Source of the DNA: Thermoanaerobaculia bacterium
GTDB taxonomy: Bacteria; Acidobacteriota; Thermoanaerobaculia; UBA5066
Assembly (NCBI GenBank): GCA_963816185.1
Contig: CAWFJJ010000029.1
Span: 256,001 to 320,000 of the forward strand
Direction: 5' to 3'
Length of the DNA: 64,000 nucleotides
The notes below the pieces were generated by a model. The model had not been told where the DNA came from and made no database searches. It was given only the letters and a program-made list of their open reading frames with translations. Position numbers and translations under genes: made by a program. Below, in pieces: positions 29,714-39,139 of the stretch (position 1 is the stretch's first letter; each line of letters opens with the position of its first letter).

Positions 29714-32230
29714 ATGAATCCGTGTGAACGTCATGGGACCCGGCACGCAGCCCCGGCACCGACTCCGCATCGCATTCGGACGGCATCACGCCTGCGCGTT
29801 CCGCTGAGCGCCGTCCTGCTCCTTCTCTTCCGTGGCGCCGGCATGGTCGACACCGCGCTCGCTCAACCGGTACCTCCTCAGCCAACACCGTTCTCCTACT
29901 ACAAGCTGAAGGAAGTAAACCTGCCTCCGGAAAAGCGTCCTCCGGTGAAGTACACGCGTGAGCAGCTCCAGCTCAAGAACGTGGGGGGCGATCTGCCGAC
30001 CTACGACGGCGAGCAGTTTCAGCTGAACCTGATGGGGACGACCGTCGAATCGGCCGAGAGCGCGAAGCGCTTCACTGCCCAGTTCCTGCAGTCCTTGAAG
30101 AGTCCGTTGAAACTGGACGACCAGATCCGGCTCAACATCACCAAGACGACCGGAAAGCCGGATCAGCAGTTCATCGACCAGCAGGCCCGGGCCGGTCACG
30201 ACGCCACGACGAAGAAGCTGACCGGCAAGTACAAGAGCGTCGGCAAAGGCTCGACCGGGATGCTCAACGAGCTGGACGCCGATTTGAAGAAGCAGGCACA
30301 AGGCACGATCACCGTCTATCGATTCGACGAGTACTTCAACGGCGTCCTGATCGACAACACGGCGATCACCGTCAGCAACCGGGACGGAGGGAACCTCGCC
30401 GCCGTCCGAGGCCGCTTCTTCGACGTCGTCAAGCCCACGAACAGCAAGAAACTTTCTCCCGGGGAGGCCGTGCGGCGCGCCGTCGCCGAGATCAAGGCGG
30501 CCAACAAATACGACAAGGTGACCGGCGACCCGGCGAAAGCGACCGTCGTGCTCGTTCCGTACGAGGACGGGTTCAAGTACGCCTGGAGGACGATGGTCAC
30601 GGCGGACGGTCCCTACGAGGTCTGGATCGACGCGGAAACCGGTTCGGTACTTCAGCTCCTGGCGCGCTTCTACTTCTCCGACAACGCGAAGGGGCTCGCG
30701 TTCTCGCCCGATCCGAATGCGGGCACCCAGGAAATGTCGTTCGAGGTCGATGCGGCGAGCGGCGGGAAGTACACGTTGCAGAAGACCGGAGTCGTCGTGA
30801 TGAGCAATGACGGCGGGGACGGAACGACCGGCATCGTCCAGATCAAAGACGACGGATCCGGCACGGCCAATTTCAACCAGGCGCCGATCAACGGAACCAC
30901 GGTCGAGCATACGAACCAGGCCGGGTACAACGGCCAGTTCCAGCAGGTGAACGTCTTCGCCCACCTCTTCAACGAGCGGCGGTACTACATGCTGCTCGGG
31001 AGCCAGGCCTTCGCCCAGATGAACGTCACGTTCAACACTCCCGGGGGCAATTCCTTCTGCTGCCCGCCCCACTACTTCACCGGCGACGCGACGACGGGCC
31101 CGGGGGCGACGACGTGCACCGGCGCCTGCAACTGGGACCTCAAGTTCTACAACGCGGGGATCGACGCGACCGTCATCGCCCACGAGTTCGGGCACCAGCT
31201 GAACGGCAACCAGTACGCGGTGGGCGGGGGGACGGATCCCTCGAACGTAAACGAGGGGATGGCGGACTTCTGGGCGTTGACGACGTTCAACACGGACACG
31301 TTCGCGAAATGGTGGGCGCACGACTGCGCGTCGCCCACGCAGTCCGGGATGGCGCCGCGGCAGGCGGAGGCGACGGACGTCTTCGGCCACAGGAATTCGC
31401 AGCCGTGCGCCTCGGACGAGGGTCATTCCGCGGGGCAGATCATCGCCTGGGCGAACTGGAGCGCGCGGAAGGGGATGAACGATCTGACCGGCTGGGGCAC
31501 GTTGAACATCAATATGGCGCTGATCAAGGCGATGACGACGGCGGGGGTCGGGCTCGCGAACATCGGGACCGACAAGGGGGTTCACGACTCGTACCTGGAC
31601 CTGCTGAAGCAGGCCGCGCCGCAGTTCAGCGGGTCCCGCCTGATCCACAAGCTGCTCGCGGGCTACGCGAGGGCGGGGATCTTCCTCGCTCCCAAGGACG
31701 CCGTCCTCGACATCTCGGACAACTATCTGGACCGGAACGCGGCGTCCGGGCCGACCTTCACGGTGTGGACCGGCCGGGACTACACGTTCAGCGGTACGAG
31801 CGTGGACACGACGTCCCCGCCGTTCAACACGCAGTTCATGATCGAAGTGGCGAACAACGAGGCCTTCACGACGAACCCCGTGAGCAGCGGGTGGCTCGGA
31901 GGCGTGACGGCCGGAGACGGCGGAACGGCGACGTGGGCGCTGCCGGCGGCCTCCTGGAACGCGCTGAAGGCGGGAAACGATCTGTACTATCGCCTGACGA
32001 CCAAGGACGGTTCCGGCGGCAACGTCCGGCAGTCCTGGAATCCCGGCAACGGGTTCCTGGCCGGTGTTCCGGTCGGACGGGCGGCCATCAACGGCACGGG
32101 CACCCAGGACTGCTCGTGCTCGGCGTCGGCGGCTCCGGTGAAGTCGGCGATGGCGCTGGTGCCCATGCTGCCGGTCGGTCTGCTGTGGATCTACAGGCGG
32201 AGGCGCCGCGCCGCGGGCGAGCGAGGGTGA
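29714..32230 (+). CDS. secreted M4/M36-like zinc metallopeptidase with propeptide and Cys-containing C-terminal sorting tail
   Basis: GGAGG RBS at 29703, signal peptide, PepSY-like IDAETG, HEFGH...NEGMADF...EGH, tail DCSCSASAAPVKSAMALVPMLPVGLLWIYRRRRR. Confidence 0.85.
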   Translation: MNPCERHGTRHAAPAPTPHRIRTASRLRVPLSAVLLLLFRGAGMVDTALAQPVPPQPTPFSYYKLKEVNLPPEKRPPVKYTREQLQLKNVGGDLPTYDGEQFQLNLMGTTVESAESAKRFTAQFLQSLKSPLKLDDQIRLNITKTTGKPDQQFIDQQARAGHDATTKKLTGKYKSVGKGSTGMLNELDADLKKQAQGTITVYRFDEYFNGVLIDNTAITVSNRDGGNLAAVRGRFFDVVKPTNSKKLSPGEAVRRAVAEIKAANKYDKVTGDPAKATVVLVPYEDGFKYAWRTMVTADGPYEVWIDAETGSVLQLLARFYFSDNAKGLAFSPDPNAGTQEMSFEVDAASGGKYTLQKTGVVVMSNDGGDGTTGIVQIKDDGSGTANFNQAPINGTTVEHTNQAGYNGQFQQVNVFAHLFNERRYYMLLGSQAFAQMNVTFNTPGGNSFCCPPHYFTGDATTGPGATTCTGACNWDLKFYNAGIDATVIAHEFGHQLNGNQYAVGGGTDPSNVNEGMADFWALTTFNTDTFAKWWAHDCASPTQSGMAPRQAEATDVFGHRNSQPCASDEGHSAGQIIAWANWSARKGMNDLTGWGTLNINMALIKAMTTAGVGLANIGTDKGVHDSYLDLLKQAAPQFSGSRLIHKLLAGYARAGIFLAPKDAVLDISDNYLDRNAASGPTFTVWTGRDYTFSGTSVDTTSPPFNTQFMIEVANNEAFTTNPVSSGWLGGVTAGDGGTATWALPAASWNALKAGNDLYYRLTTKDGSGGNVRQSWNPGNGFLAGVPVGRAAINGTGTQDCSCSASAAPVKSAMALVPMLPVGLLWIYRRRRRAAGERG

Positions 32231-32239
32231 GAATGCCTC

Positions 32240-33118
32240 GTGCGACCGCGGTTAATCGAGGTTCTGAACCGCCACTTCCACGGTGAGGTGTTCCAGTTCC
32301 TCGTTCCCGATCCCGCCGTGGTGTACGCCGTCATGCTGGGATTGGGGATCTGGCTCTTCGTCAGACGCTGCGAGCGCAGCGGCTTGTCGTGGGAGCACGC
32401 AACCGGCGTGGCGCTCTGGGCCTCTCTGGCCGCCGTCCTAGGCGCGCGATTGTTCTATCTGATCCAGCATCTGGGGCATACGGTTTCTCATCCTTCGATC
32501 CTTCTCGAGATCAACGGCGCGACCGTGTCCTTCGGGGTCTATGTCGGCGGCGTCCTGGGTGCGCTGCTCTACTCCCGCGTGAAGCATTTCGCGCCCCTTC
32601 CGTACCTCGACGCATTTGCCTCCGTCCTCGGCATCGGACCTTTGATCGGCCGCTGCGCGTGTTTCCTCAACGGCGACGACTACGGGAAGGTGTCGAGTGT
32701 CCCCTGGGCCGTGCGGTTTCCTCACGGCAGCTATCCTTTTCTCGATCACGTTCGGCGAGGGTGGATCAGTCCCATGGAAGACCTGTCCCTGCCGGTTCAT
32801 CCGGTGCAGCTCTACCTGTCGCTCAAAGGGCTCGTCCTGCTCGTCGTCTTCTCGGTGCTCTGGAGAAAGAGATACTTCAAGCCAGGCGTCGTGTTCCTGC
32901 TGTTCTGGATCTGCTATTCGTCCGCCCGCTTCGGTCTGGAGTTCTTCAGAGGTGACGAGGACCGCGGATGGATTGGCGGGTGGTCGACCGGTCAGGTCTT
33001 CTCGGTGCTGATCGCGGCCGTGGCTCTCGCCGGGATCGTCGTGTGTTTCCGAGGGAGGATCAGGGCGGAAGGAGTTCCGGGGAAAGCAGAAGGGGTGATG
33101 CCGCTCACGCTCGAGTGA
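32240..33118 (+). CDS. divergent prolipoprotein diacylglyceryl transferase (Lgt) paralog
   Basis: LGARLFY, IGRCACFLNGDDYG, PWAVRFP, HPVQLY, YSSARFGLEFFRGD, STGQ; ~7 TM. Confidence 0.85.
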   Translation: MRPRLIEVLNRHFHGEVFQFLVPDPAVVYAVMLGLGIWLFVRRCERSGLSWEHATGVALWASLAAVLGARLFYLIQHLGHTVSHPSILLEINGATVSFGVYVGGVLGALLYSRVKHFAPLPYLDAFASVLGIGPLIGRCACFLNGDDYGKVSSVPWAVRFPHGSYPFLDHVRRGWISPMEDLSLPVHPVQLYLSLKGLVLLVVFSVLWRKRYFKPGVVFLLFWICYSSARFGLEFFRGDEDRGWIGGWSTGQVFSVLIAAVALAGIVVCFRGRIRAEGVPGKAEGVMPLTLE

Positions 33119-33208
33119 GCTGACCGCACTTTCCCGGGAATGAACTCGTCGCCGCCTGGGGGAATATTCGGCGGAAGCCTTCGGTCTCCTAGTCTAGGAG
33201 CCTCTCCA

Positions 33209-35569
33209 ATGCGCAATGCCTGTGTGCGAGTCGGGATCCTCGTCGGAATCGCCGTAGCGTCCGCCGCGCTTCTCGGCGCGAGGCCGGCTCGTCGATCGCT
33301 TCTCGCGGTGGCGATTCCGAACCCGATCCTATTCGTCACGCAGGTGCCCGTGCCGGGCGACTTCACGACCGTCGCGTCGGTGTTCGGGAACGCGACGGGC
33401 GGCGTCGCGGCCGCGCCGCGCGGCGGCGATCTCTGGATCCAGTATCCGGACGGGACGCGCAAGAACCTGACGCAGGTCGCGGGATTCGGGCAGACGGGCT
33501 CGCAGGGCGGCGGCGGCATCGCGGTGCGCGAGCCCTCGGTCCACTGGAGCGGGACGAAGGCCGTCTTCTCGATGGTGATCGGCGCGCCGACCGCGCAGTT
33601 CGTGCAGGGAACCTGGTTCTGGCAGCTCTACGAGGTGACGGGCCTGGGCGAGGCCGACACGCCCGTCATTACGAAGGTCCCGAACCAGCCGGCCGGCTTC
33701 GACAACGTCGCGCCCGTCTACGGCACGGACGAGCGGATCCTCTTTGCGTCGGACCGGCCGCGGAACGGCGCCGCGCATCTCTACCCGCAGCTCGACGAGT
33801 ACGAGGAAGCTCCGACGGTGACGGGTCTCTGGAGCCTGAACCCTTCGACGGGCGACCTCACGATGCTGAACCACTCGCCGAGCGGCCTCTTCTCGCCGAC
33901 GATCGACTCCTTCGGGCGGCTCGTCTTCACGCGCTGGGATCACCTCCAGCGCGACCAGCAGGCCGACGGGGACGGCCCGGCCGGCCCGTTCGACCAGGCG
34001 AATCCGTACGGCACGTTCAACTTCGCCGACGAGTCGGCCGGGGCCGCGCGCCTGGCGACGCGGGCCGAGGTCTATCCCGAGCCGCGCGGCGAGAGGACGG
34101 ACCTTCTCGCCGGGACGAATCTCGTGGGGCACTCGCTGAACCACTTCTTCCCCTGGCAGATCCGCGAGAACGGGACCGAGGAAGAGACCCTGAACCACAT
34201 CGGGCGGCACGAGCTGCACGACTTCTTCAGCCGCGTCTTCGACGACGACGCGAACATCGTGGACTTCACGGCGGCGACGTCGGGCCGCGTCAACCCGAAT
34301 CCCATCCGGAACTTCCTCCAGATCAAGGAGGACCCCGCGACCCCCGGCCGCTTCTTCGGGATCGACGCGCCGGAGTTCCAGACGCACGCGGGCGGGCAGA
34401 TCGTGCGGATGGACCTCCCGCTCGGCGCGCACCCGGACCAGATCCAGGTCGTTTACGTGACGAACCGCGCGACGGCGAATCCACGGCTCGATACCGACCC
34501 GGTGCCGCCGGGACATTCGGGCTTCTATCGGAACCCGCTGCCGCTCTCGGACGGCACGCTCCTGACCGTCCACACGAGCGAGACGCGCGCCGACGCGAAC
34601 GAGGGCACGGCCGCATCGCCGGTCTCGCGCTATTCGTTCCGGATCCAGTCGCTCGCGCCGGCAGGCGACGGCACCCTCGTCGCGGACCAGATGCTCACGA
34701 CGGGGATCGTGAAGAGCGTCGCGTACTGGGATCCGGACACCCGGGTGACGTACACGGACGTGACGCTCTGGGAGCTCGACCCGGTCGAGGTGAAGCCGCG
34801 TGCGAAGCCCGTGGCGCCCGCGTCGCCGCTCCCGGCGCTGGAGGCCTCGATCTTCTCGCAGGAGGGTGTGGATCCCGCGGCGTTCGAGGCCTGGCTCGCG
34901 CAGAAGAATCTCGCGGTGATCGTGAGCCGCGACGTGACGACGCGCGACGCCCTCGACCAGCAGCAGCCGTTCAACCTCCGGATCGCGGGAACGGCGCACC
35001 AGACCGCACCCACCGGCGGCAAGCTCTACGACGTGGCGCACCTTCAGCTCTTTCAGGCCGACCAAATCCGCGGCGTCGGAGGCACGACGAGCCCGAGGTC
35101 CGGGCGCCGCGTTCTCGCGCAGGTGATGCACGAGCCCATGGTGATCGCCACGAACCTCCCGAACCCGGGCGGGCCGCCCGGAAGCGTCCGCCTCGGGAAC
35201 GACGGCTCCATGGCGGCGTTCGTGCCCGCGCACCGAGCCGTCACGTGGCAGATGACCGATCCGGCGGGGACGCCCGTCGTCAGAGAGCGCTACTGGCTGA
35301 CGTTCCAGCCGGGCGAGGTCCGCGTCTGCACGTCGTGTCACGGCCTCTCGAGTCACGACCAGTTGGGCAATCCCGAGTCATTGAACGCCCCGGAGGCGCT
35401 GCGCCAGATCGTCCGTTACTACCGCGACGTCCTCAACCCGGCCTCGAGCCACCGTCACGTCGAGCTTCTTCACCCTGACGGCGTGCCGCGCTCCTCGATA
35501 CGCGTGGCGCGGTAGGCCCGCTCGGCGCCGTCCCATGTGATCCTCGACGTCTTCGGCTACTACCGCTGA
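33209..35569 (+). CDS. secreted HzsA-related (TolB-like propeller plus CxxCH) protein; 3' end frameshifted
   Basis: Signal peptide, REPSVHWSGTKAVFSM, RILFASDR, FTRWDH, QPGEVRVCTSCHG; track stop 35515, indel-corrected end at TGA 35569. Confidence 0.7.
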
Positions 35570-35576
35570 GGGAGCG

Positions 35577-35966
35577 CTACCGAGGCAGCTGCTCCAACCG
35601 GATGCCCTTGCCCGCCTGAAGCGCCTTCCGAGCTGCAGCTACGCGCTTGAGGAAGCGCGGGCTCGAAGTCGAGGCACGCTTCCGGGGGCCGGACATGGGC
35701 CGACGCGCGAGTCTCGCCTTGTTGAGCTCGTAGTCGGCTTCGAGCCGGATCCAGAGCTCCGCGCTCGTCCCGAGGGCGTCCGCCAGCTCGAGAGCGGTGC
35801 CCCCGGTGATCCTCTTCCGGCCCCGGACAATCTCGTTGATGGCTTGAAGCGGTCGATGCATGAGGCGCGCAAGGCGAGACTGGGTGAGGCCTCTCGCCTC
35901 CAGTTCCTCGGCGAGAACGTCTCCCGGCGGGATCGCGACGTCAGGCCACGCACGTTCAGTCGCCAT
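35577..35966 (-). CDS. higA: HigA-family antitoxin with extra C-terminal segment
   Basis: IPPGDVLAEEL...INEIVRGRKRIT...LADALGTSAELWIRL. Confidence 0.88.
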   Translation of the reverse strand: MATERAWPDVAIPPGDVLAEELEARGLTQSRLARLMHRPLQAINEIVRGRKRITGGTALELADALGTSAELWIRLEADYELNKARLARRPMSGPRKRASTSSPRFLKRVAAARKALQAGKGIRLEQLPR

Positions 35967-36258
35967 AGTGCTTGCTCACTTCCTCGACGCGTACGATCGT
36001 CCACGCGTCGTCCTCGAAAGCCACGATGAGCCGCTCCCGGTCGCCGAGACGGATCGCGTACTGGCCCCGGCGCTCGCCCTTGAGGGGGTGAATGTCCAGA
36101 GCCTTCAAAGCGAAAAGATCCCGGCCATCCCTCGCGGCCCACAACGTGTTGATGCGCTGGATGTACGTACGCCCCACCTTCTGGCCCCATTCGCGTTGCG
36201 CGAGCCGGATCTCGCGGTAACAGCGCTCGAGCCGGCTGGTGGCGAAACGGACGACCAC
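35956..36258 (-). CDS. higB: HigB-family mRNA interferase toxin
   Basis: HPLKGERRGQYAIRLGDRERLI...EEVSKHY; toxin-first order, overlapping higA. Confidence 0.88.
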   Translation of the reverse strand: MVVRFATSRLERCYREIRLAQREWGQKVGRTYIQRINTLWAARDGRDLFALKALDIHPLKGERRGQYAIRLGDRERLIVAFEDDAWTIVRVEEVSKHYGD

Positions 36259-36266
36259 TCTCGCGT

Positions 36267-36295
36267 AACCTACCCTTTCACCCTAAGGGTGTCAA
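36267..36295 (-). promoter_or_regulatory. higBA promoter with operator palindrome
   Basis: Minus strand TTGACA-17 nt-TAGGTT; CACCCT-A-AGGGTG palindrome at 36279-36291; GTG start 8 nt after the -10. Confidence 0.75.
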
Positions 36296-36432
36296 ACATT
36301 CTCTCCTGAGTCTTCGAGAGGTAGGAAAGCGCCGCCGAGATCATGCGCAGCACGTAGCGAGGAGACGACCGCGCCGATCGCTCCGTTGCCAACGCCTTTA
36401 TGCTCGCGGTCGAGGTCGATGGGGGGACCCTG

Positions 36433-36948
36433 ATGCGTTTCAAGCTGCGTTTTCCCGTTTCCGCGATCGAGAAGTGGGCCGAGGGGTTTTCCGATGCCTC
36501 GGATTCCTTCATCGAGAAGGACATCGCACCCGCGGCGCGCCGGCAGGGATATCTGACGCGCGACCAGTTTCTGAAGATCGCGGAGTGGAAGACGCCGCGG
36601 TCGAGACCCAGGTGCGAAAAGAACGACGCAGAGTTCGTCGAGGAAGCAACGCGCGCGGCGCTGAGCTCGAAGAACGAGCGGTTCAAGGTCCAGGCGCTTC
36701 GGCTTCTGGACGGAGTCGAATGGCCGACCGCGTCCGTCATCCTCCACTTCTGCGACCGAGGCCGATACCCGATTCTCGACGTCAGGGCGCTGTGGTCCGC
36801 GGGCCTCGACGCCACGCCCTCCTACGGGTTCGCGTTTTGGATTGAGTACACCGAGTTCCTGCGCGGGGTAGCGGCGGACGCGGGCGTGTCGATGCGCACT
36901 CTCGACAGGGCGCTGTGGCAGTACTCGAAGGTGAAGCAGAAGCGTTAA
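36433..36948 (+). CDS. hypothetical protein with helix-hairpin-helix-like motif (putative DNA glycosylase-like)
   Basis: WKTPR, LDGVEWPTASVILHF, YPILDVRA, RTLDRALW. Confidence 0.6.
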   Translation: MRFKLRFPVSAIEKWAEGFSDASDSFIEKDIAPAARRQGYLTRDQFLKIAEWKTPRSRPRCEKNDAEFVEEATRAALSSKNERFKVQALRLLDGVEWPTASVILHFCDRGRYPILDVRALWSAGLDATPSYGFAFWIEYTEFLRGVAADAGVSMRTLDRALWQYSKVKQKR

Positions 36949-37121
36949 CTAGAGACGTCGTCGTAGTGCTCGAAGGCGACCCCGCGCGCTCGTGCGAGAT
37001 TCCTGACCGCGATCATCGGGAAGACTGCATGGCTCGAGAGCCTGAAGAATCCTCCATGGACAATGTCGTCCCGGAGATTCGATGCAATCCGCCGGCCGCG
37101 GCGGGCGCCCTTGGACCAGGG

Positions 37122-37571
37122 CTATCTGTCCGGGACCGTCAGTGGACTCTTGAAGTCAGGTTCACCGTTCTTGATGGGATAGAAGATGACGTAAGTCGAC
37201 GTCGAGCAATCCGGCTTGCCTGGCGGAGCTGCTGCGACTCTCGCTGCGGCTGTGGCGAGGCCTGCGACCGCCGTAATCGTCTCCGGGATCTTCGTGTCGG
37301 TCTTCTGGCCGACCGACTGGAGCATTCCGTTGGCGAGAGAGGCGGAGAGATCGGCCGTACCGTAGCCGGAATGGAAGGCAAGGGTCTTCTTCTCGCCAGG
37401 GAGGACGAGGACGGCGGCGGTGACCTTGCAATCGGCCGCTTTCGACACGGCCAGATAGGGCTTCGGCTCGAAATAGGTAAGGCCTGGTCCCTTGGCATCG
37501 AATTCGAGATTGGCGCACCCGGATAAGGCGAGGGCCAGGAAGAGGGAGGCACCGATTCGGGTATTTCTCAA
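37122..37571 (-). CDS. hypothetical lipoprotein
   Basis: Lipobox LSGC; directly downstream of the emrB-like gene. Confidence 0.65.
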   Translation of the reverse strand: MRNTRIGASLFLALALSGCANLEFDAKGPGLTYFEPKPYLAVSKAADCKVTAAVLVLPGEKKTLAFHSGYGTADLSASLANGMLQSVGQKTDTKIPETITAVAGLATAAARVAAAPPGKPDCSTSTYVIFYPIKNGEPDFKSPLTVPDR

Positions 37572-37574
37572 GGG

Positions 37575-39122
37575 TCATCTCCTCATGGGTTTCCGGATTC
37601 CCGGTGAAAGCATCATGGTGAACGGCAGGAACACGACGAAGGCGAACATCAGCATCCAGAAGACGTCCACGTATGCCTTCGCGGCAGCCTGCCGCGAAAG
37701 GCTCCCTTCGATGAGTCCCAGCGACAGGGAGCGGACGGTTTCGGGATCGAGGCCCGAAACGACAGAGAGCCCGTGCGCCGTCGCGGAGAGGCGCTGCTGG
37801 ACGATGGAGCTGTAGGCCGAGATGTGCTCGACGAGGCGCGCATGGTGGGTCTGCGAGTGCCGGGCGAGGACGGTGGCGGACAGGGCGATGCCGATCGAGC
37901 CGCCTTCGTTCCGAAGGAGGTTGAAGAGGCCCGTGGCCTGACCCATCTTCTGGGGTGAGAGGTGCGAGAAGGCCGCCGTGCTGATCGGGACGAAGAGGAA
38001 CCCGAGGCCGAACCCCTGCACGAGACGCGAGAACATGACGTACTTGAAGTCGACGTTCAGGTCGACGCCGCGGAGGAGCCAGAGGGCGTAGAGGTTCAGG
38101 AGCGCCCCCACGAGGACGAGGAGCCGCGTGTCGACCTTGCCGATCAGGTTCGCCACGATGACCATCGCGAGGAGCGAGGCGATCCCCCCCGGCGACAGGA
38201 CGAGCCCCGCCCACGTCGCCGTGTAGCCGAGCATCGTCTGGGCGAAGAGCGGGAGCATCGTGAACGCGCCGAAGAGCCCGAAGCCGAGGAGGAACATCAG
38301 GATCGTCCCCGAGGCGAAGGCCCGGTCGTTGAAGACGCGGAGGTCCACGAGCGGCCGTTCGGCCGTGAAGGAGCGCCAAATGAAGAGGGCGATCCCGGTC
38401 AGCGAAGCGAGGGCGAAGAGGCTGATGAAACGGCTCTCGAACCAGTCGTAGCGCTGGCCCCGGTTCAGGACCACCTCGAGGCTCCCGAGGCCGATGCAGA
38501 TGAAGGCGAAGCTCATGAAGTCCACCCGCCCCTCAGGGCGCTTCAGGTGCGACGGCTCGGTGATGTGCATCAGGCCGAGGACGATCCCGAGGATGCCGAC
38601 CGGGATGTTGATGTAGAAGACCCAGGGCCAGCCCCAGTTGTCCGTGATCCAGCCCCCCAGCGTCGGGCCGATGATCGGGCCGAAGACGACGCCCACCCCG
38701 AACATCGCCATCGCCTTGCCGCGCTCCTCCGGAGGGAAGGCTTCGAGGAGGATCGCCTGCGACATCGGTACCATCGCCCCGCCGGCGAACCCCTGGACGA
38801 CCCGCATGACGACGAGGAAGGGGAGCGACGGAGCGGCTCCGGAGCCGAGCGACGCGAGCGTGAAAATGCCGAGGCACCAGAGGTAGAAGCGCCTCCGGCC
38901 GAAGTAGTTCGCGAGCCAGCCCGTGATCGGCAGGATGACGGCGTTGGCCACGAGGTACGAGGTGATGACCCAGGTGATCTCGTCCACGCTGGCCGAGAAG
39001 GTCCCCTGCATGTGCGGGAGCGACACGTTGGCGACGGAGGTGTCCACGACCTCCATCAGCGTGCCGAGCATGGAGGTGAAGGCGATGAGGTACCGGCTCG
39101 TCGTCTTCGCGTTTTCGGCCAT
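37575..39122 (-). CDS. DHA2/EmrB-type MFS efflux permease
   Basis: DTSVANVSLP, WVITSYL, GPIIGPTLGG, FYINIPVG. Confidence 0.92.
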   Translation of the reverse strand: MAENAKTTSRYLIAFTSMLGTLMEVVDTSVANVSLPHMQGTFSASVDEITWVITSYLVANAVILPITGWLANYFGRRRFYLWCLGIFTLASLGSGAAPSLPFLVVMRVVQGFAGGAMVPMSQAILLEAFPPEERGKAMAMFGVGVVFGPIIGPTLGGWITDNWGWPWVFYINIPVGILGIVLGLMHITEPSHLKRPEGRVDFMSFAFICIGLGSLEVVLNRGQRYDWFESRFISLFALASLTGIALFIWRSFTAERPLVDLRVFNDRAFASGTILMFLLGFGLFGAFTMLPLFAQTMLGYTATWAGLVLSPGGIASLLAMVIVANLIGKVDTRLLVLVGALLNLYALWLLRGVDLNVDFKYVMFSRLVQGFGLGFLFVPISTAAFSHLSPQKMGQATGLFNLLRNEGGSIGIALSATVLARHSQTHHARLVEHISAYSSIVQQRLSATAHGLSVVSGLDPETVRSLSLGLIEGSLSRQAAAKAYVDVFWMLMFAFVVFLPFTMMLSPGIRKPMRR

Positions 39123-39139
39123 CGCGTCGTGCCGCGCTC

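Noticed and set aside
6036-35356. Numerous long Arg/Pro-rich overlapping ORFs (e.g. 6036..8015, 16868..19435, 23968..26703, 33329..35356)
   Set aside because: Shadow frames expected at high GC with strong codon bias; no recognisable motifs.
33209-35515. Evidence for anammox metabolism
   Set aside because: No hzsB/hzsC or hydrazine dehydrogenase nearby, and HzsA-like domains occur outside anammox bacteria.
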